Shown: positions 26,101-39,276, counted from the first letter of the stretch. The stretch is DNA of 64,000 nt from Tubulanus polymorphus (GCF_964204645.1 NC_134030.1:4382778-4446777); one strand, 5' to 3'. Notes: a model not told the origin generated them from the letters alone. Program-made: numbers and translations.

Positions 26101-29100
26101 TTCCAATTTCTATGGAAAAAGATTCAAATTTCAAGGAGTGTACATGCATCACTCATCCCAATTACTATGGACTCCTAAATTAGTAAAGTATTTCTCAGTA
26201 AAACCATTTAATTCGGTGGTTTTGTAAGCAACGTATATCCTACACACTATTAAACTCAGTTTCTAATTCGGTCCTAATCGGGTAAAGAAATCCTGGTCCC
26301 AACAGCACGGCTAATATATATTGAAATTTCCCAGATCTTTTTCTGAATTACATACCTCTGGGGCCAACTTAGGTCTATCGAATAACTTAAAAGACTTAAG
26401 ACAACTTTACGACTTACGTCAACCAGCCCCTATTAATACAGTGGAGCCTCGTTACAACGAACTCGGATACAACCATTCATCGGATATAAGAAATATAGAA
26501 TTCTGTCCCAAGTAAGAAAATTTGATTCATTTCAAACTAGATATAACGAACATATTTTCTGGTCCCGCGAAGTTCGCTGTAACGAGGTTCCTCTATAATA
26601 TCAATCTTATCTTTACGATTAAAATGATTCTAGCGATCGTCAAGAACTGAAATGTTGAAACCGCACTAAGATATCCAGGCATACTGGTCATCACGACGGA
26701 ATGAAGCTATCAGAAACAACACATTCGATTAATATAATGTATCATTCAACACTTACCTCCCATGATGACCATTTGCAGGCGAGATGTATAGCTACACAGC
26801 ACACTACCGTCGGCTTATACTGCAAACACATCGTAGTCAGGTGTAAGCTGTAAATTACAAACGCAGAAAAAAACCGACGTGAAAATGAATCGAGAGTCGC
26901 ATCAATAAACAACAACCAATCAATCCTACCGTATATACCATAGCATATATCACTGAGAACTTCTGAAGTTCATTAGACGATTAGAGAGTAGATCAATGTT
27001 TTTGTTATCGTACACGCAGGTTTAAGGATTTTCACATTAAGGCTACTACATACGATTCACGTGTAAATTGACCGCGACGATGATTTCGGTTAGACTTTAC
27101 TGTGTGCGTTAAAAACCAGGACCCAGTTCAACAGTTGTGAGTTGGAGTTAACTCTGAGTAAAAGTTAGTTCATTTTCAATGTTTTAACCCAGGGTCAAAT
27201 CTTAACTCAGAACTGTGGAACTGGACCCAGCGTGCAAAATAACACCCGGTATTCAAGAGAAATCTTCTTTTCAGGTCCACCGAAAATAGATTTCATCTCT
27301 TACGATTCCAGGAATAAATTTACGACACGTTGGGTTTAAGGTTAGTTAAAGTGATACTACCACACGACGCTGCGAATCCTTACGAAGTAAAATTTTCAGT
27401 TTAAAGATTTACCTAAATTCATGATTTATTTGCTTTTTACTTCCAAGGGAACACAGATTATTAACAAAACACACTCACCTTTATAACGGATATACCATTT
27501 TGATACCACGACGACTACATTTCTATGTAAATTCAAAATTGCTTGATTCGCTAGTTCAAAATACTACTAATTCAAATTTCCTAATTCTCAACATATCTTC
27601 AACATTTAACATACTAACCTTCAAAAGTGTTATACATGGCTTAACAAAGACTAATCCGTGCGAATAACCATACATAAACGAAATCAGAATTCCAAACGGA
27701 ACATCAAATGAAATCATTCCAAAATTTACTGATCAGCGTTTTGGAATTCATATTTTCTTGACCTCACCTGCTCGAAACTCTCTAGTGGTCTTGTTTGGAG
27801 AGAGATGGTTCAACGGACAACGGACTTACCTCGTTAAAAATACAATTACGAAGGAAAAATTTTGAATATACGTTCAGTGGAAAAAGTATTTATTTTCCAG
27901 CTTCTAAATACAACGCCCATCTCTTTCCAAAAACCACACGAACTGAACCTCACAGCAGCGTGCACTTACTAATCCCCCTGACCCCAATGCAATGCCGACT
28001 GCGCCCCCTGGAGGGAGGAGGAAAGTGTCCGCACCTGTTTGTAGCCAGGAAGTAAGAAGTCTGCGTGAGATCCTTGCTTGCTGTATTTCGGACGTACACG
28101 TCAATCAACATCAGGGAGATTGAAGAAATGGAAGGAAATAAACACCTCATTAGTCATTCGGCTGACCGCAGGTGTATCATAAATATATATATATATATAT
28201 ATACGGCCATAAAACACAAAGAACATTTGTACAAGTGGGAATTTAACTACACTGATCTCACATCTTCGCAAACTCATCGTGTGGTGAAGAAAAGGGAAAC
28301 CTTTTCAGCTAAGGGGACTGCCCTTTTCGGGAATACAGACCAAAAGTTTCAAAAAATTGATTTTCTTATCATGCGAAATAGGCACTACTCTTTAATGAAA
28401 TAGTAAATATTTTTCCGAGTTAACCGTATTTAAGCTAATAGCAACCTCTACAGCTGAAGGGACGGACCTTTTCTCACCAGAGAAAATGAGTTTTGTTGAT
28501 GGAAATAAGACCATGGACGAATAATATGTGTTTGTAGTTGTTTGGTGGATGCTAAGCAAAATGGACAACTTTCCTTCCACTGATAAGCAGCACCCCTGAT
28601 GATTATAACCCTTACGTAAAATTAACATTTTACAGACTAAGAAAAATTTACACTTTCAATGCGCAAAAACCTGGTCGTCCATTGTACTTATCTTTTTCTT
28701 CTTAAGATATATTCGTAACAACTTTTCAAGTACAAGGGACTTGGGAGGGTCTTATTGTCAAAACCATGTAGAGTGGATAGTTCCATGTCACTAAAAGGCA
28801 ACCAGGTCATGCCAATAGTACACTAGATACTTCCACCAAACCAAAAATAGCATCGAGCACATTTCAACATACGTTTAAGACATCTGAAACCTTGGCCTTT
28901 TATTTAAGCAGAACTTTTTCCAATGGTCAACAACGAAAAACCTTATTCAGAACAGGTTAAAAACATGAATGAACTCATGCCATCTTCATAAAAATCAATT
29001 CAAACAGTTAGAGGAGCATCAATGATGTCTTAAACCGATGTTGAAGCAAGATCACATCATTACAACCTAAAATGCAATATCAGTTACATAGGGCTTTTGT

Positions 29101-32100
29101 CGATAGTTGAAGTTCTGCAGTTTTCACACAATCCATCGACGGACGAGGAACAGTTTTCTACGTTCACGGCGCTGTTTGAATTTGAGAAAACTTCAGCGAA
29201 ATATGTACAGCAATTATCCGCAGAAATGTCGGTCGGTTAGTTGAATTTCGGATCGATACGTTGATCCGACCACCGCGATGATCCGATATAGAATACTTAC
29301 AGCGTACGAGTTGACACGTTTTGATTACATGAGTATGAGGATGATCAACAGTGATTTCAAATCCTGAAGAAAAAAAAATAATAATAAAAATTCTCTCATT
29401 CAATGACTAGTCCCGTGCTACATTCGGCTATCCTGCTAGATAAGGGAAATAACTACAGCAAGACTCAATGAAAATTTAGATAACTTTCGTCCAGATATTT
29501 TCTCCGACTACCGCATCACGAATTATGCATATCCTCGATTGCCGCAGCAGACCGCAAACTCCATATCGGAGAGAAAACCTTACCTTAAAGATGCCATCAA
29601 AATAGAATATTATGTAAAATTCATTTTCAAATGGTGTTTATTTTATCGATTATACATAGGCTACGCGTACTAGCGCGCGCACGTGCTTGTGTTGATTGTC
29701 GTAGTTAACATCATAAATAGCGCCACCCGTGGGTTGAATATGAACTATACGCACGGAGTGAAGGATAAATAGATGACTATTCCGCTAACTATTACGGCTA
29801 ATTCGTGCTCCTTTTTTCAATAAGTCACATCTCAGGTCGTTATAGGTATACTAAAGTTTCTTCTGGTTAAGAAATCGAGGAAAGTACAATTTTGATGGCA
29901 TTTGCCCTTAAACTTGCGAGCAAAGGTTCATATGTTATATTAATTGTAAAATGTTTTTTGTCTTGTAAATACTACTTGTAAATACCACTCTGTACATCTC
30001 GACCCGAAAGGGTGTAATCAGTATAATAAAGAGTTTATTGAATTGAATATCTGTATTATGATCGAATGATTACTTACCTAAAGTCTGTAGTAAAATGTTT
30101 TCATTCACAACCAGTTCTTGAGCCTTCTCCAAATATTTCTACAATCAAATACATGACCATCTTTATTACACACACAGCAAAATATCTCAAGTAACTATTG
30201 AAATGAGTTTAACGTGCTCCTTTGAAAAGTTACTGAAATATCGTGCAACCCTTTCAGTACCTTACCCCGCTATGCGGTGTATAAAAACCCACCCAACCCA
30301 TATTGTTAGCTAACCTATATTGTTTTTGCCCGGTGGTGCAGTGTATCCATTAAATAGCTATTAGGTTAGAAGTCTATTGAGAGATGGCAACACCCATCAA
30401 ACATTCTGAAATATTTGCAACTACTGCATTGCAGGAGAGGTAATATAGCGGAAATATAGGTGGAATTTTCAAAATTTTTAAATTTCCTCTCGAATCGGTT
30501 GGGAAAGCGTTGGTCGAGGGAGGACAATAAGAAATTAACCAGCCAGGTCGCTTTGAAAAACAGGAGGGTCCCATAATAAGTCACAGTCCCTGAAAGGAAA
30601 GCTGGTTTGAAAAAACAGGCGGGTCCTTTACAAATGACAGACAGGTCTGGGACCTGGCTCTTATTGAAAACACTGGAGGATTGTAACGTGATACTTACCT
30701 CACTTTTAGTATCTAACGCCGGTTCATCGCGATTCAAACACCGATGAGCGATACTGACGACGTGCTCTAATTTACGAGGCTGCTCTTCCACTTTGGCCGC
30801 CAAAAACAAGCAAGCCGGCGCCAAATCCTGAAATCATACACGATCAAAAATCCATTTCAGGGTTCATAGTCTCCATGACCAGTCTCATTTCCATGTCTTT
30901 CGAGCACCTTTTTGCGCCCAATTCAATGACCCGATTCGTTTAACAAATTGACAATAATAGATCACAATTAACTGACTTCGACTATTAAATGTATTATATC
31001 AAAATACTGAAATATATTTGATACAGAAATGTAAGCTTCTCCCATGTTACTAATAAATACTGAAACTTCGATGGCATATTTTACACCTGGCTTTTTTTCC
31101 ACGATTATCGTCAGATTCTCTATTGATCATCCATCGTCAAAACCGGGTTATAAAGTTTTATTATTAATCGGGACCATTCATCGAATACGTACACGTATTA
31201 AGATTTTGTAGGCTTAGGGAGAATAAGTTAGATTTTGAAGCCCCTTCCGATCTGCATGGAACACACCACTACAACACCCCCTTATTCCATCCTCCATCGG
31301 CAGGGATTCGTATCTAATGGCATCGGTACGGTTCGTGACGAGGCCGAGTATAGCGATGCCATCAGGTTCGAATCCCTGCCGAGGGAGGATGCCTTTTTCA
31401 GAATTGATGAATGCGCGCCTATTTTATGAACGACCCCCTGTTCATATTTTCAAATCAATACTTACATTGCGGTGGAATTTCGTGAAGGAATGGAACATAT
31501 AAAATCGATGCAGATACACTATAGCAGTATTGATACATAATTGCGTTCTGGAATCTACCGTTAAGGAAATACACTTTTTCTGTGGAGTGAAGATATTTTT
31601 TGAAAATTTTTTGTCACCTTCAACAACCTCACAAGTTTAATTTGTGTTGTTGAAAACAATTTCTAGAATTGCATTTATGACCTGAAAATTAATCCTCAAT
31701 ATGGTTGTATTATAAAGAAGCGACAACGAAGAGAAAACTTGAATAAATCTAGTTCGAATACTTCTAGTTGCAGCCACCATTATGTAGCAGCACTGATCGA
31801 CCTTGACCCGAGTTTATTAATCGACTCCATGTTGTCGACGCACGTGAATCGACGACAGTCAACTGACGGAATATAAACTACCGACTAGCGGATTACACCG
31901 AGCTCCGGACCCGCCGAAAATATCGACACCGTTTATCGAACGGCAGAGAGAAGGTAATAGCGCCGCGTTTCGAACGAAACGAGCGATTTTAAAGCCGCAA
32001 TCGGTCGGTTTTAATCGGGGTGTGATTTCTACTCACGACTCGAAAATGGCGACGTGCTGAGCGGTATTTTAGATCGGAATATTCCGCCGATAAAGGATAC

Positions 32101-32243
32101 ACGTGAAGTCGTTGGCCCATGTCTTGTATTAACTGACCCCCTTGTTGTCGGTAGGTCAGTTCTTTTTCGGCGTCGATGCCCGCTTTTCGGCTGGGGGTGT
32201 TTTGAAGTTGGGCCGTAGTAAATATCCATCGTTCCCCCGCCAT
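23193..32243 (-). CDS. CCNT: Cyclin T (P-TEFb regulatory subunit), about 980 aa, 9 coding exons
   Basis: Exons 32243-32101, 31547-31466, 30827-30699, 30138-30078, 29363-29301, 28080-28035, 26847-26757, 25973-25818, 25364-23193 (2943 nt, in frame). Cyclin-box motifs: [90 protein letters not shown]. Long His/Ser/Pro-rich disordered C-terminus. Confidence 0.96.
25615..25724. mobile_element. Harbinger-like MITE, family B, copy 2, nested in a hAT-like MITE
   Basis: Ends ggacccagttccacagtt ... actgtggaactggatcc, lying inside the 25402-25742 element. Confidence 0.7.
26439..26595. mobile_element. Tc1/mariner-like MITE
   Basis: ta|cagtggagcctcgttacaacgaac ... gttcgctgtaacgaggttcctct. Confidence 0.65.
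27119..27228. mobile_element. Harbinger-like MITE, family B, copy 3
   Basis: Ends ggacccagttcaacagtt ... aactgtggaactggaccc. Confidence 0.7.
28001..28014 (-). promoter_or_regulatory. CTCF-like motif CCTCCAGGGGGCGC in cyclin T intron 6
   Basis: One mismatch to the CTCF core CCACCAGGGGGCGC, in otherwise AT-rich DNA. Confidence 0.5.
31288..31391. mobile_element. Family A MITE, internally deleted copy 3
   Basis: Both TIRs present. Flanks ccttattc / cctttttc form an 8-bp TSD with 1 mismatch. Confidence 0.8.
31548..32100 (-). other. U12-type (minor spliceosome) GT-AG intron 1 of cyclin T
   Basis: 5' splice site GTATCCTTT, and branch point TTCCTTAAC (31560-31568) ending 12 nt before the exon. Splicing restores QRLHV|TQLCIN. 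Confidence 0.93.
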
Positions 32244-32420
32244 TTAATCACTACTGAGAAACGGTCGGTGCGCACGCGCACAATGACGTCATCGGATCGG
32301 GCTAACGACCTAGAACGCTCCTGATTGGTGGAAATATTCGATGTAAATAAAAGCACGTGCCTTTTCATCATTGGTTTCTCTGGTCGTTTTTGCAGTGGCA
32401 ATTTTTCCGTTTTAGACGTA
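32244..32420. promoter_or_regulatory. Bidirectional promoter of cyclin T and KANSL2
   Basis: CpG-rich. NRF1-type TGCGCACGCGCA at 32269-32280, CRE TGACGTCA at 32284-32291, ATTGG (reverse CCAAT) near 32324 and 32370, E-box CACGTG at 32355-32360. Confidence 0.7.
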
Positions 32421-32814
32421 TTTGTAACGGAAGTAATTAATTCTAAACGGTTTCTAATTGACATTGAGTAGCGCTTGCATCAATCATGCATTGCTTTGAA
32501 TAATTGAATAGATTTTGATAATGCCGTGCTAATTGATTTTTACTAGTATAGACTACATTACATACAGTTGTCAGTAGGCTGTAAAATTCTTGGGAAATTT
32601 CAATTTTCTTTCAAAAATGCTTTGCATAATTTCTAATGCACCATCCTTATTATATTGTTCGTAATTGAATTAATACTAATAGCTTAAGTTGCAATTTCTA
32701 AAATTCGAAATCACTCAATAGATTACTTTTTGATATGAAAAATTTATGACGTTTTATCTCTGAATTAAATGTTTATTCTGAATTCTCTATTGTAGTTTTG
32801 CACTGGTGGTCACA

Positions 32815-35800
32815 ATGTCGTTTATGAAAATGAAGCCGAGTTCAACTACGAAATTTTCATCGTCGAATAAAACCTCGCGCAATACGTCATCGCAGCAAGC
32901 GGCGGGATCTAAAACTAGCGGAAACTTCTGCAACTACTCGCATAGACCGTGTATGCAGGACCGTATCGAAAACTATGAGTTCTGTATCAGACATATTCTA
33001 GAGGATAAAAAATGTCCGTTCAAACAATGCAGCTTCACATCCGGAAAGTCGGCGAAACGCTGTCCAAATGCGGTACCTCGAGTTGAAAGGAAAGATGGGT
33101 ATGTTTTAGTTTTAGAACAAAGTGGTTGAATACTTTTGAATGTCAGTTTATTTAAGGCATAAAAATTTTAAGTTTAGAAGAAAATTTATCCATTTAAATA
33201 ATTGTGTAACCTAGCAATTTAGAGCTATGCTGGCCTCTTCTAGGCAGTCACATGTAATATTACCAGGTAATCCACATTCCTTAAGGTACTTCAAATCATA
33301 TGGATTCGTATATTGATCTGTAGCTTGGTGGAAAGATACAGTGTAAAAATCACCCGTGGATTCGTTGTCCCGTGTACAAACAATAAACAGTGTAAAACTC
33401 CTTTTCATTAGGACTGCACTCCAGTAGCACCACCTGGAAAACCGCATTGTTAAGTCAGGATTTTCAGCAGCCGAGTTCCAAGAACTCATCTGGTCGTCCT
33501 CTCAATAGACATTTTTCGCCCTCTCTCCCCATTGACAATTAATGCCAGAAGTAATTATATCAACGTATAAATACAGATACAGATACTTAATTGGTGAAAT
33601 AAGCTTAATAACTACATATCCCTATTGAAATTCAAATCATAAGCACCTTGTTTTTAAAGCTACTGCCCGGAACATGCAAGAAAGATGAATCTCATGCGTC
33701 GCAAGGCGAACAAGAAAACAGCACCGAAACATACAGCTGAAACACTACTAGAGGACCTTGAACATTATATCAAACCGATGCCGGAGACTTCGTTACGAGG
33801 CGCGGGCGATGCATCGTCGAAACAGTTTTCACGCAAACATAGAATTGGTCTCGAGGCCTCTCGTATCTTAGGTTAGTTTTAAGATGATTTCCGCCGCGTG
33901 AAATATCGGGAATATTTTTGATCGTCGACTTTTTTTTATCGATAGATACCCTGACGAGTTCGGAAGAATCGGATACCGAGGCGATGTTAGTCGAACAAGC
34001 GTGGAAAGGTGAACAAGATAGTGATGCAGAGAGTATAGACAGTGAAAATGAAGATTTGTTGAAGTAAGCACGTCAAATAAATATGTATGGTAATAATAGA
34101 TGAATTATTTATCATTATCATCTTAATGCTAACCTTAAAATCCGATCAGACTTAAGCACTGAACATAAAATCATAAAATTAAGAGGCTCAGTATTGTAGC
34201 CCTACAGGCGTTAACCTAAAATGTATCGGCACTGTGCTGAATAAAACAGACACAAGGCAAAGACTAAGTAGAAAGTTTATAAGGTCACATCCATGTTCAG
34301 GTCGCATCCATTTCAATGAAACCAATTGAATTAGAATCCCGGTTTTATTAGTTGTGAATGAATTATTTTTTAGACATGCTGGTGTTTACACGGCTGAAGA
34401 AGTAGCCCTTATCACCCGCGACAAACTGATTCGATTGCAATCTCTTTATATCGATCAATTCAAACGTTTACAACACGTCTTACGAGAAAAACGTCGCAAA
34501 TACAAAGCAACTGCTGATTTGGAGTTAGAGACATTAGGTAAATTTTATCTTTCAATTTCAAGATGACATTTGCGCATCTCAAAAAATGGGATTTAGATAA
34601 ATCTCGAAACTGTCGGATAGATAAACTATGATTTACCAACAATGTAGGATTATTCAGGTAAAATAGATCATATCCGTGTTTCGCGTTCATTTCTGATTAA
34701 TAGATAGTATTTCTCATTTAAACAGGTCCGATTCAAACTAGCGATGACGATCCGGTTATGAACGCGAAATTAGCGAAATATATGGCGATTAAAAGATATC
34801 ATCGTAGATATGGCAAGGTAAGGCATTTGGAAGTTATGTAAATCTCCCTGTTATGTTGTTATATATGGCAAGTCTCCAGCACTGATTGGAAAACATGACA
34901 TCAACGTGCAAGAACTCTATACCCGGTACCATAAGTACATACAGAGATGTATTTTTGCCGGAAAATATATTTATACATCGATTTGATGAATGTTCACATC
35001 AACAGGAAGCGTTATTACACCAGCAGATGAAAGAGAGAAGAATGGCGCAGACTGAAGGAATAAATTATCAACCGCCGCAGTATCAACTGTGTATACATTC
35101 TGTTAATGATGATCAGTGCGATGCTAAAGCCATTCCTTTATCCAAGTATTGTCTGAAACGTATCCTTTGATTATCCTTAAGTGTGAATTCTCTTGACAAT
35201 AACTGTGTGAAGATGTTACTGATGAAATTTCTATCAATTTAGTGAAAAATTGAAGTTGTAGTTGAAGCCCTTGAAAGAACGATGATTGATAGAGTATGAA
35301 TAGTATCAAATTTCTTAGGCTGCAGGGCCTAGACAGCAGATTGATTGCCAGTACTGCATTATTACAAATAAAATAGAACTCGCTTAATCCGCATTTTCCC
35401 TTAATTGGGATGAAATATTTGATCCATTTAACCCTGGAATCAAGTAACTTATTATTATTAATTTGGAGTTTAATTTATACAATGAAACTAGGTAGTTCCT
35501 AGTGAATTAAGTGAGTTCTTCAGTTTACACAGTATATTTTGTCAGATTTCAGTCAGTCTCTGAGGGGGTATGATGGGTATAAACATAAACGATTATATTC
35601 TGTGCATGAAATGAACTTAACTCATTTGTGTAGATATTCTACAAGATCCGCAGCAAGTGTTATATCAACCGTGTACGTATGGTAATGGAGCTTGTGGCAA
35701 ATCAATAGCTGCTGTTACTGATAATCCGCGTTGTGATCTACATACACCATTAGTCGCTATGGAAAAACGATTACAATCGCAACAAACAGCGGTCAGTACT

Positions 35801-36410
35801 TGAATTCATGTTGTACGCTCTGAATTATTTGCAAACAATAAGGCTCGATTTATGCAAATCTAGAAAGCGTCTTCTTTCGATACGAGATCTTTCATTGTCA
35901 GTGTTTTACCATGTCGAAGCTTGGTGTGCCAGTTTATCTTTGATTTGAGTTTCTTATCGAGAAAACACAGGAAAGAATTAAATCAAACATCTTCGAATGA
36001 TGCAATCGGAAATTTCTTGTATCTTGTAGCTTAATCTCAATTTCATTCCAACCATTAATCTAATACTCGATGCATACTGGGATGCAGCTTAAATTGAGCC
36101 CTTTACTACATGGAGGTAATTTTAACCTTTGCTTTAAACGTTATACCGTTATAATTCTTTCAGGAACAAGATAGCTTAGAAGATCAGATTGTCGACCCGA
36201 TGGATGATCAAGCACTCCCTCCGTTGGCGCGGGAATTGGAACAAGATTCAACAGATTACATCAATTTAGGGAGCAGTCAAATATCGGTAAGTTTTTGACT
36301 GGTCAGATAAGATACTGTTGTAATGTTCTTTCTAAGGTCTCCACAGGTTGAGTTATTTCTGCTCTTTGGTTTTCCAGATGGATTTGGGACTTTCTTCGTT
36401 ACTAAAGTGA
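32815..36410 (+). CDS. KANSL2: KAT8 regulatory NSL complex subunit 2
   Basis: Exons 32815-33098, 33660-33871, 33946-34063, 34374-34537, 34726-34817, 35006-35159, 35634-35791, 36164-36286, 36378-36410. Motifs: [15 protein letters not shown]...KRCPNA (zf-C3Hc3H), [55 protein letters not shown] at 36501. Confidence 0.95.
35160..35633 (+). other. U12-type GT-AG intron of KANSL2
   Basis: 5' splice site GTATCCTTT, and branch-like AACTTAAC (35614-35621) close to the TAG. Splicing restores YCLKH|ILQD. Confidence 0.85.
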
Positions 36411-37886
36411 TCTACGTACAATTTTCAACGCTTGAATCATAGTTGACTGACAGCAGGAAGTGTTACGATCGTATTTAAATTTTGTTTTATATTTAGAGCA
36501 AATAAAATGTTATCTGACTGACATAGTTTTGTTGTTGTAACATTTTGAATGATATCATTCATCGAAAGCATTGGGATCATTCATTTATTACGTACGCATG
36601 AAATTTGACTTTTTCATATTTTTGTGAGTTGAAAATCCGGTACAAACACCAGTTGCTCTCTCCCCAACAAGTATACAAATCCCTGTGCCCAGGGTCCGAT
36701 CTTAAGCACTTGTGCACGATTGCCCGGGACAAGTATATTCTCATCAGGGCAAGTAGGTTCTCATTATCACTTGTCCCCTTGGCTAGTGAAATCCCTGTAC
36801 CTCTATACAAATTTACTCATAAAACTATATGTATGATTATTTTGCCGGTTGAGTTGTTTCAGTGCTTTTAAGAGTCTTAGAATTTAGCGGAATCCGGTCC
36901 ACAAATCTAAATAGCTTATTGAAACCATCTTCCAAATCACAAAGACGCTGATGAAGTATTCATGAAAAGATCTGGGGTCTGTTGGTCAAACATGAGTAAT
37001 TCACTAAAAAGTGTTTCCACTCAAAAGGAAACCAGCTCGTGGAATCCTGTGTCAGTTACGTCAAATGAATTACGTTTCCTGATCCACTCGAGTTAGAAGT
37101 CACTGGATGACAAAAGATTCAATTCTTGCAGAAGCCCCAAGATAGCAGCTGGTTGTGTATAAGATATATTTGCATTGATTAGAATATACATTATGTCAAT
37201 ATGAGGACTAGCCATTGATTACTAACACATTACTAAATACATCATTGATTGATTTATAGAAATTAAATCTGCACATGTGTTCCCGATTACAGGTGTATTG
37301 ATGCCAGATTTCGGTAAACTACACAAAGTCACAGGGTAACAACGAAACTTCACTCAGTGCACTACAGACAATGAATTATACGGTTACTTTGCGAGCAAAT
37401 ATTTGACATCTTAAACTGATAAAATGGGAGACTTAATAACAGCAGATTGATATGATATACATTACATATAATAAAGGTAGATTTTGATTTTACAAATACT
37501 CTAATTTCCTGGAAGTTAACATACCCGATTTTGCTGGTAATAATGGTCATTAATTAACCTCCAAATTATCTTTGATAACCTGTATAGTAAGTAGTTCAGG
37601 TGGTTGGTATAAATACATTAAGCTTACAATGAACTAAGTTAAGCTTGTCAAAATACTTATGTTTATACTTATCACATCATATCACAAAACACATACAATG
37701 TCATTCAAATGTAAGTATATTTTAATTGTTTTGAGTACATTGATTGTGTAGATATAGGATGTAAAGGGTAGTACGTTTATGACTGTCGGAAGCCGAAAGA
37801 TACTGAAGCAGAACTTATAACATACGCTCTGTTTCCAAAGCCACAATTTTCATTCTGATGCTTGAAACAACGATTTTCTCAAAGTT

Positions 37887-38036
37887 GGGATTCACTCATT
37901 CATTACGTACGCATAAAATTTGAATTTTTTACCCCACTCTGCTTACACGCAAAATCGACCATATTTTCAATACATTAAGCATTACAATACGCACTGAGCC
38001 CTCCTCCGCATACGTGATAAATGAATGAATGAACCC
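37887..38036. mobile_element. Harbinger-like MITE; partial relatives near 31170 and 36574
   Basis: Ends gggattcactcattcattacgta ... tacgtgataaatgaatgaatgaaccc. Confidence 0.55.
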
Positions 38037-38450
38037 GTTTTTTTTTTAGAAAACCTTCCCATCCCAAAAACATCCGACCTTACGCATGATTTACTGTTTC
38101 TTCAAAACGTCAGTCCAGTTACTGATGAAGCAGGTATCAAACTATTAGCACATATGAATAGTCAAAAAAGCACAATTTGTCAGTCGTACAGCATTGATAA
38201 CGATTATAGACTTGAATAAAAATCATTGTATATGATCGTATATGATCAACGATAAAAATAATAAAAGTTTACAAGACAAGGAAATAATTTTACAAAAAAC
38301 AAAACATCTTTTGGAATACATTAATCATGTTTAGGAATGGAACCAAAAACGATGCGTTAAACTCAAAATGCATTGAATTGATTTAAAAGAAATCTTTGAG
38401 TCATGTTGTTTTAATTGTCACAGGGTTGAGAGTTAAAACCGAAGAGGTTA

Positions 38451-38666
38451 GGCTAATCAAAAATGATACCTTGTTTCTCCGCAGCGGCCGGGTCATTTTT
38501 GTAAAATTTAAAAATTTGTAAACTTCATTTCTATAGCGACCGGGTCTGTTATGGTAAAATTGATCACGATTTTAAAAAAAGTAATGTATAGGGTAGATAG
38601 GCGGCCGGCCGGGTCAACATTTAAGCTCAGCAGAGCGGAGAAACAAGGTATCAATTTTTTTTAGCC
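38451..38666. mobile_element. PIF/Harbinger MITE with TTA TSD
   Basis: tta|ggctaatcaaaaatgataccttgtttctcc ... ggagaaacaaggtatcaatt...agcc|tta. Homologues at 57027-57228 and, partially, near 19550-19620. Confidence 0.8.
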
Positions 38667-39276
38667 TTAGAGGTTATTTTTGTTCCAACATCTCAACCAA
38701 TTTTACAGATAAGAAATCTGCGGTATGTAATACAAAGAATGCATCAACGTCCTGAATATGTCAAATAAATGCAATAGGTTATACACTGAAATGTCTTGAT
38801 ATATCATATGATAGTCAGAAAAAACCAATATAGCAATTCCAATTTTGATTTAAACAAAAACCATGTACTTCACCGTAATACATGTGCGCATTGCACTATT
38901 CTTGTACATAATCCACATTTACCAATATCGGACAAGGCAAGAAGCCAGAATCCTTGAGAATATGAGATCATTATCTTGTTCATAATATATACATTTACTA
39001 TAGTAAAATAGTTGTCTATCTAAAACAACATTGTTTTTAACAGAGCTCGGCGCGTCATACCTTCTCATACACGAGAATATGAGAACATGAGACGCTTAGA
39101 GAATTTTTATCACTTTTTTTACACATTGATGCCTTATGACAACTTTGGAATTGTGTGTCATCATTTTTTCACTAATAATAATTGATATTAGTAGAATTAG
39201 GACATACAGAGTACACACACCACTGACCAATAAAGATAAAGCATTAGCTACATATTGATGCTACGCTCCTAGATAA

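Noticed and set aside
35430-35590. Possible SNORA2-like H/ACA snoRNA in a KANSL2 intron (ccctggaatcaag resembles its guide; human KANSL2 hosts SNORA2, from memory)
   Set aside because: I could not form two hairpins or find the second half of the guide pocket. An Infernal search would be needed.
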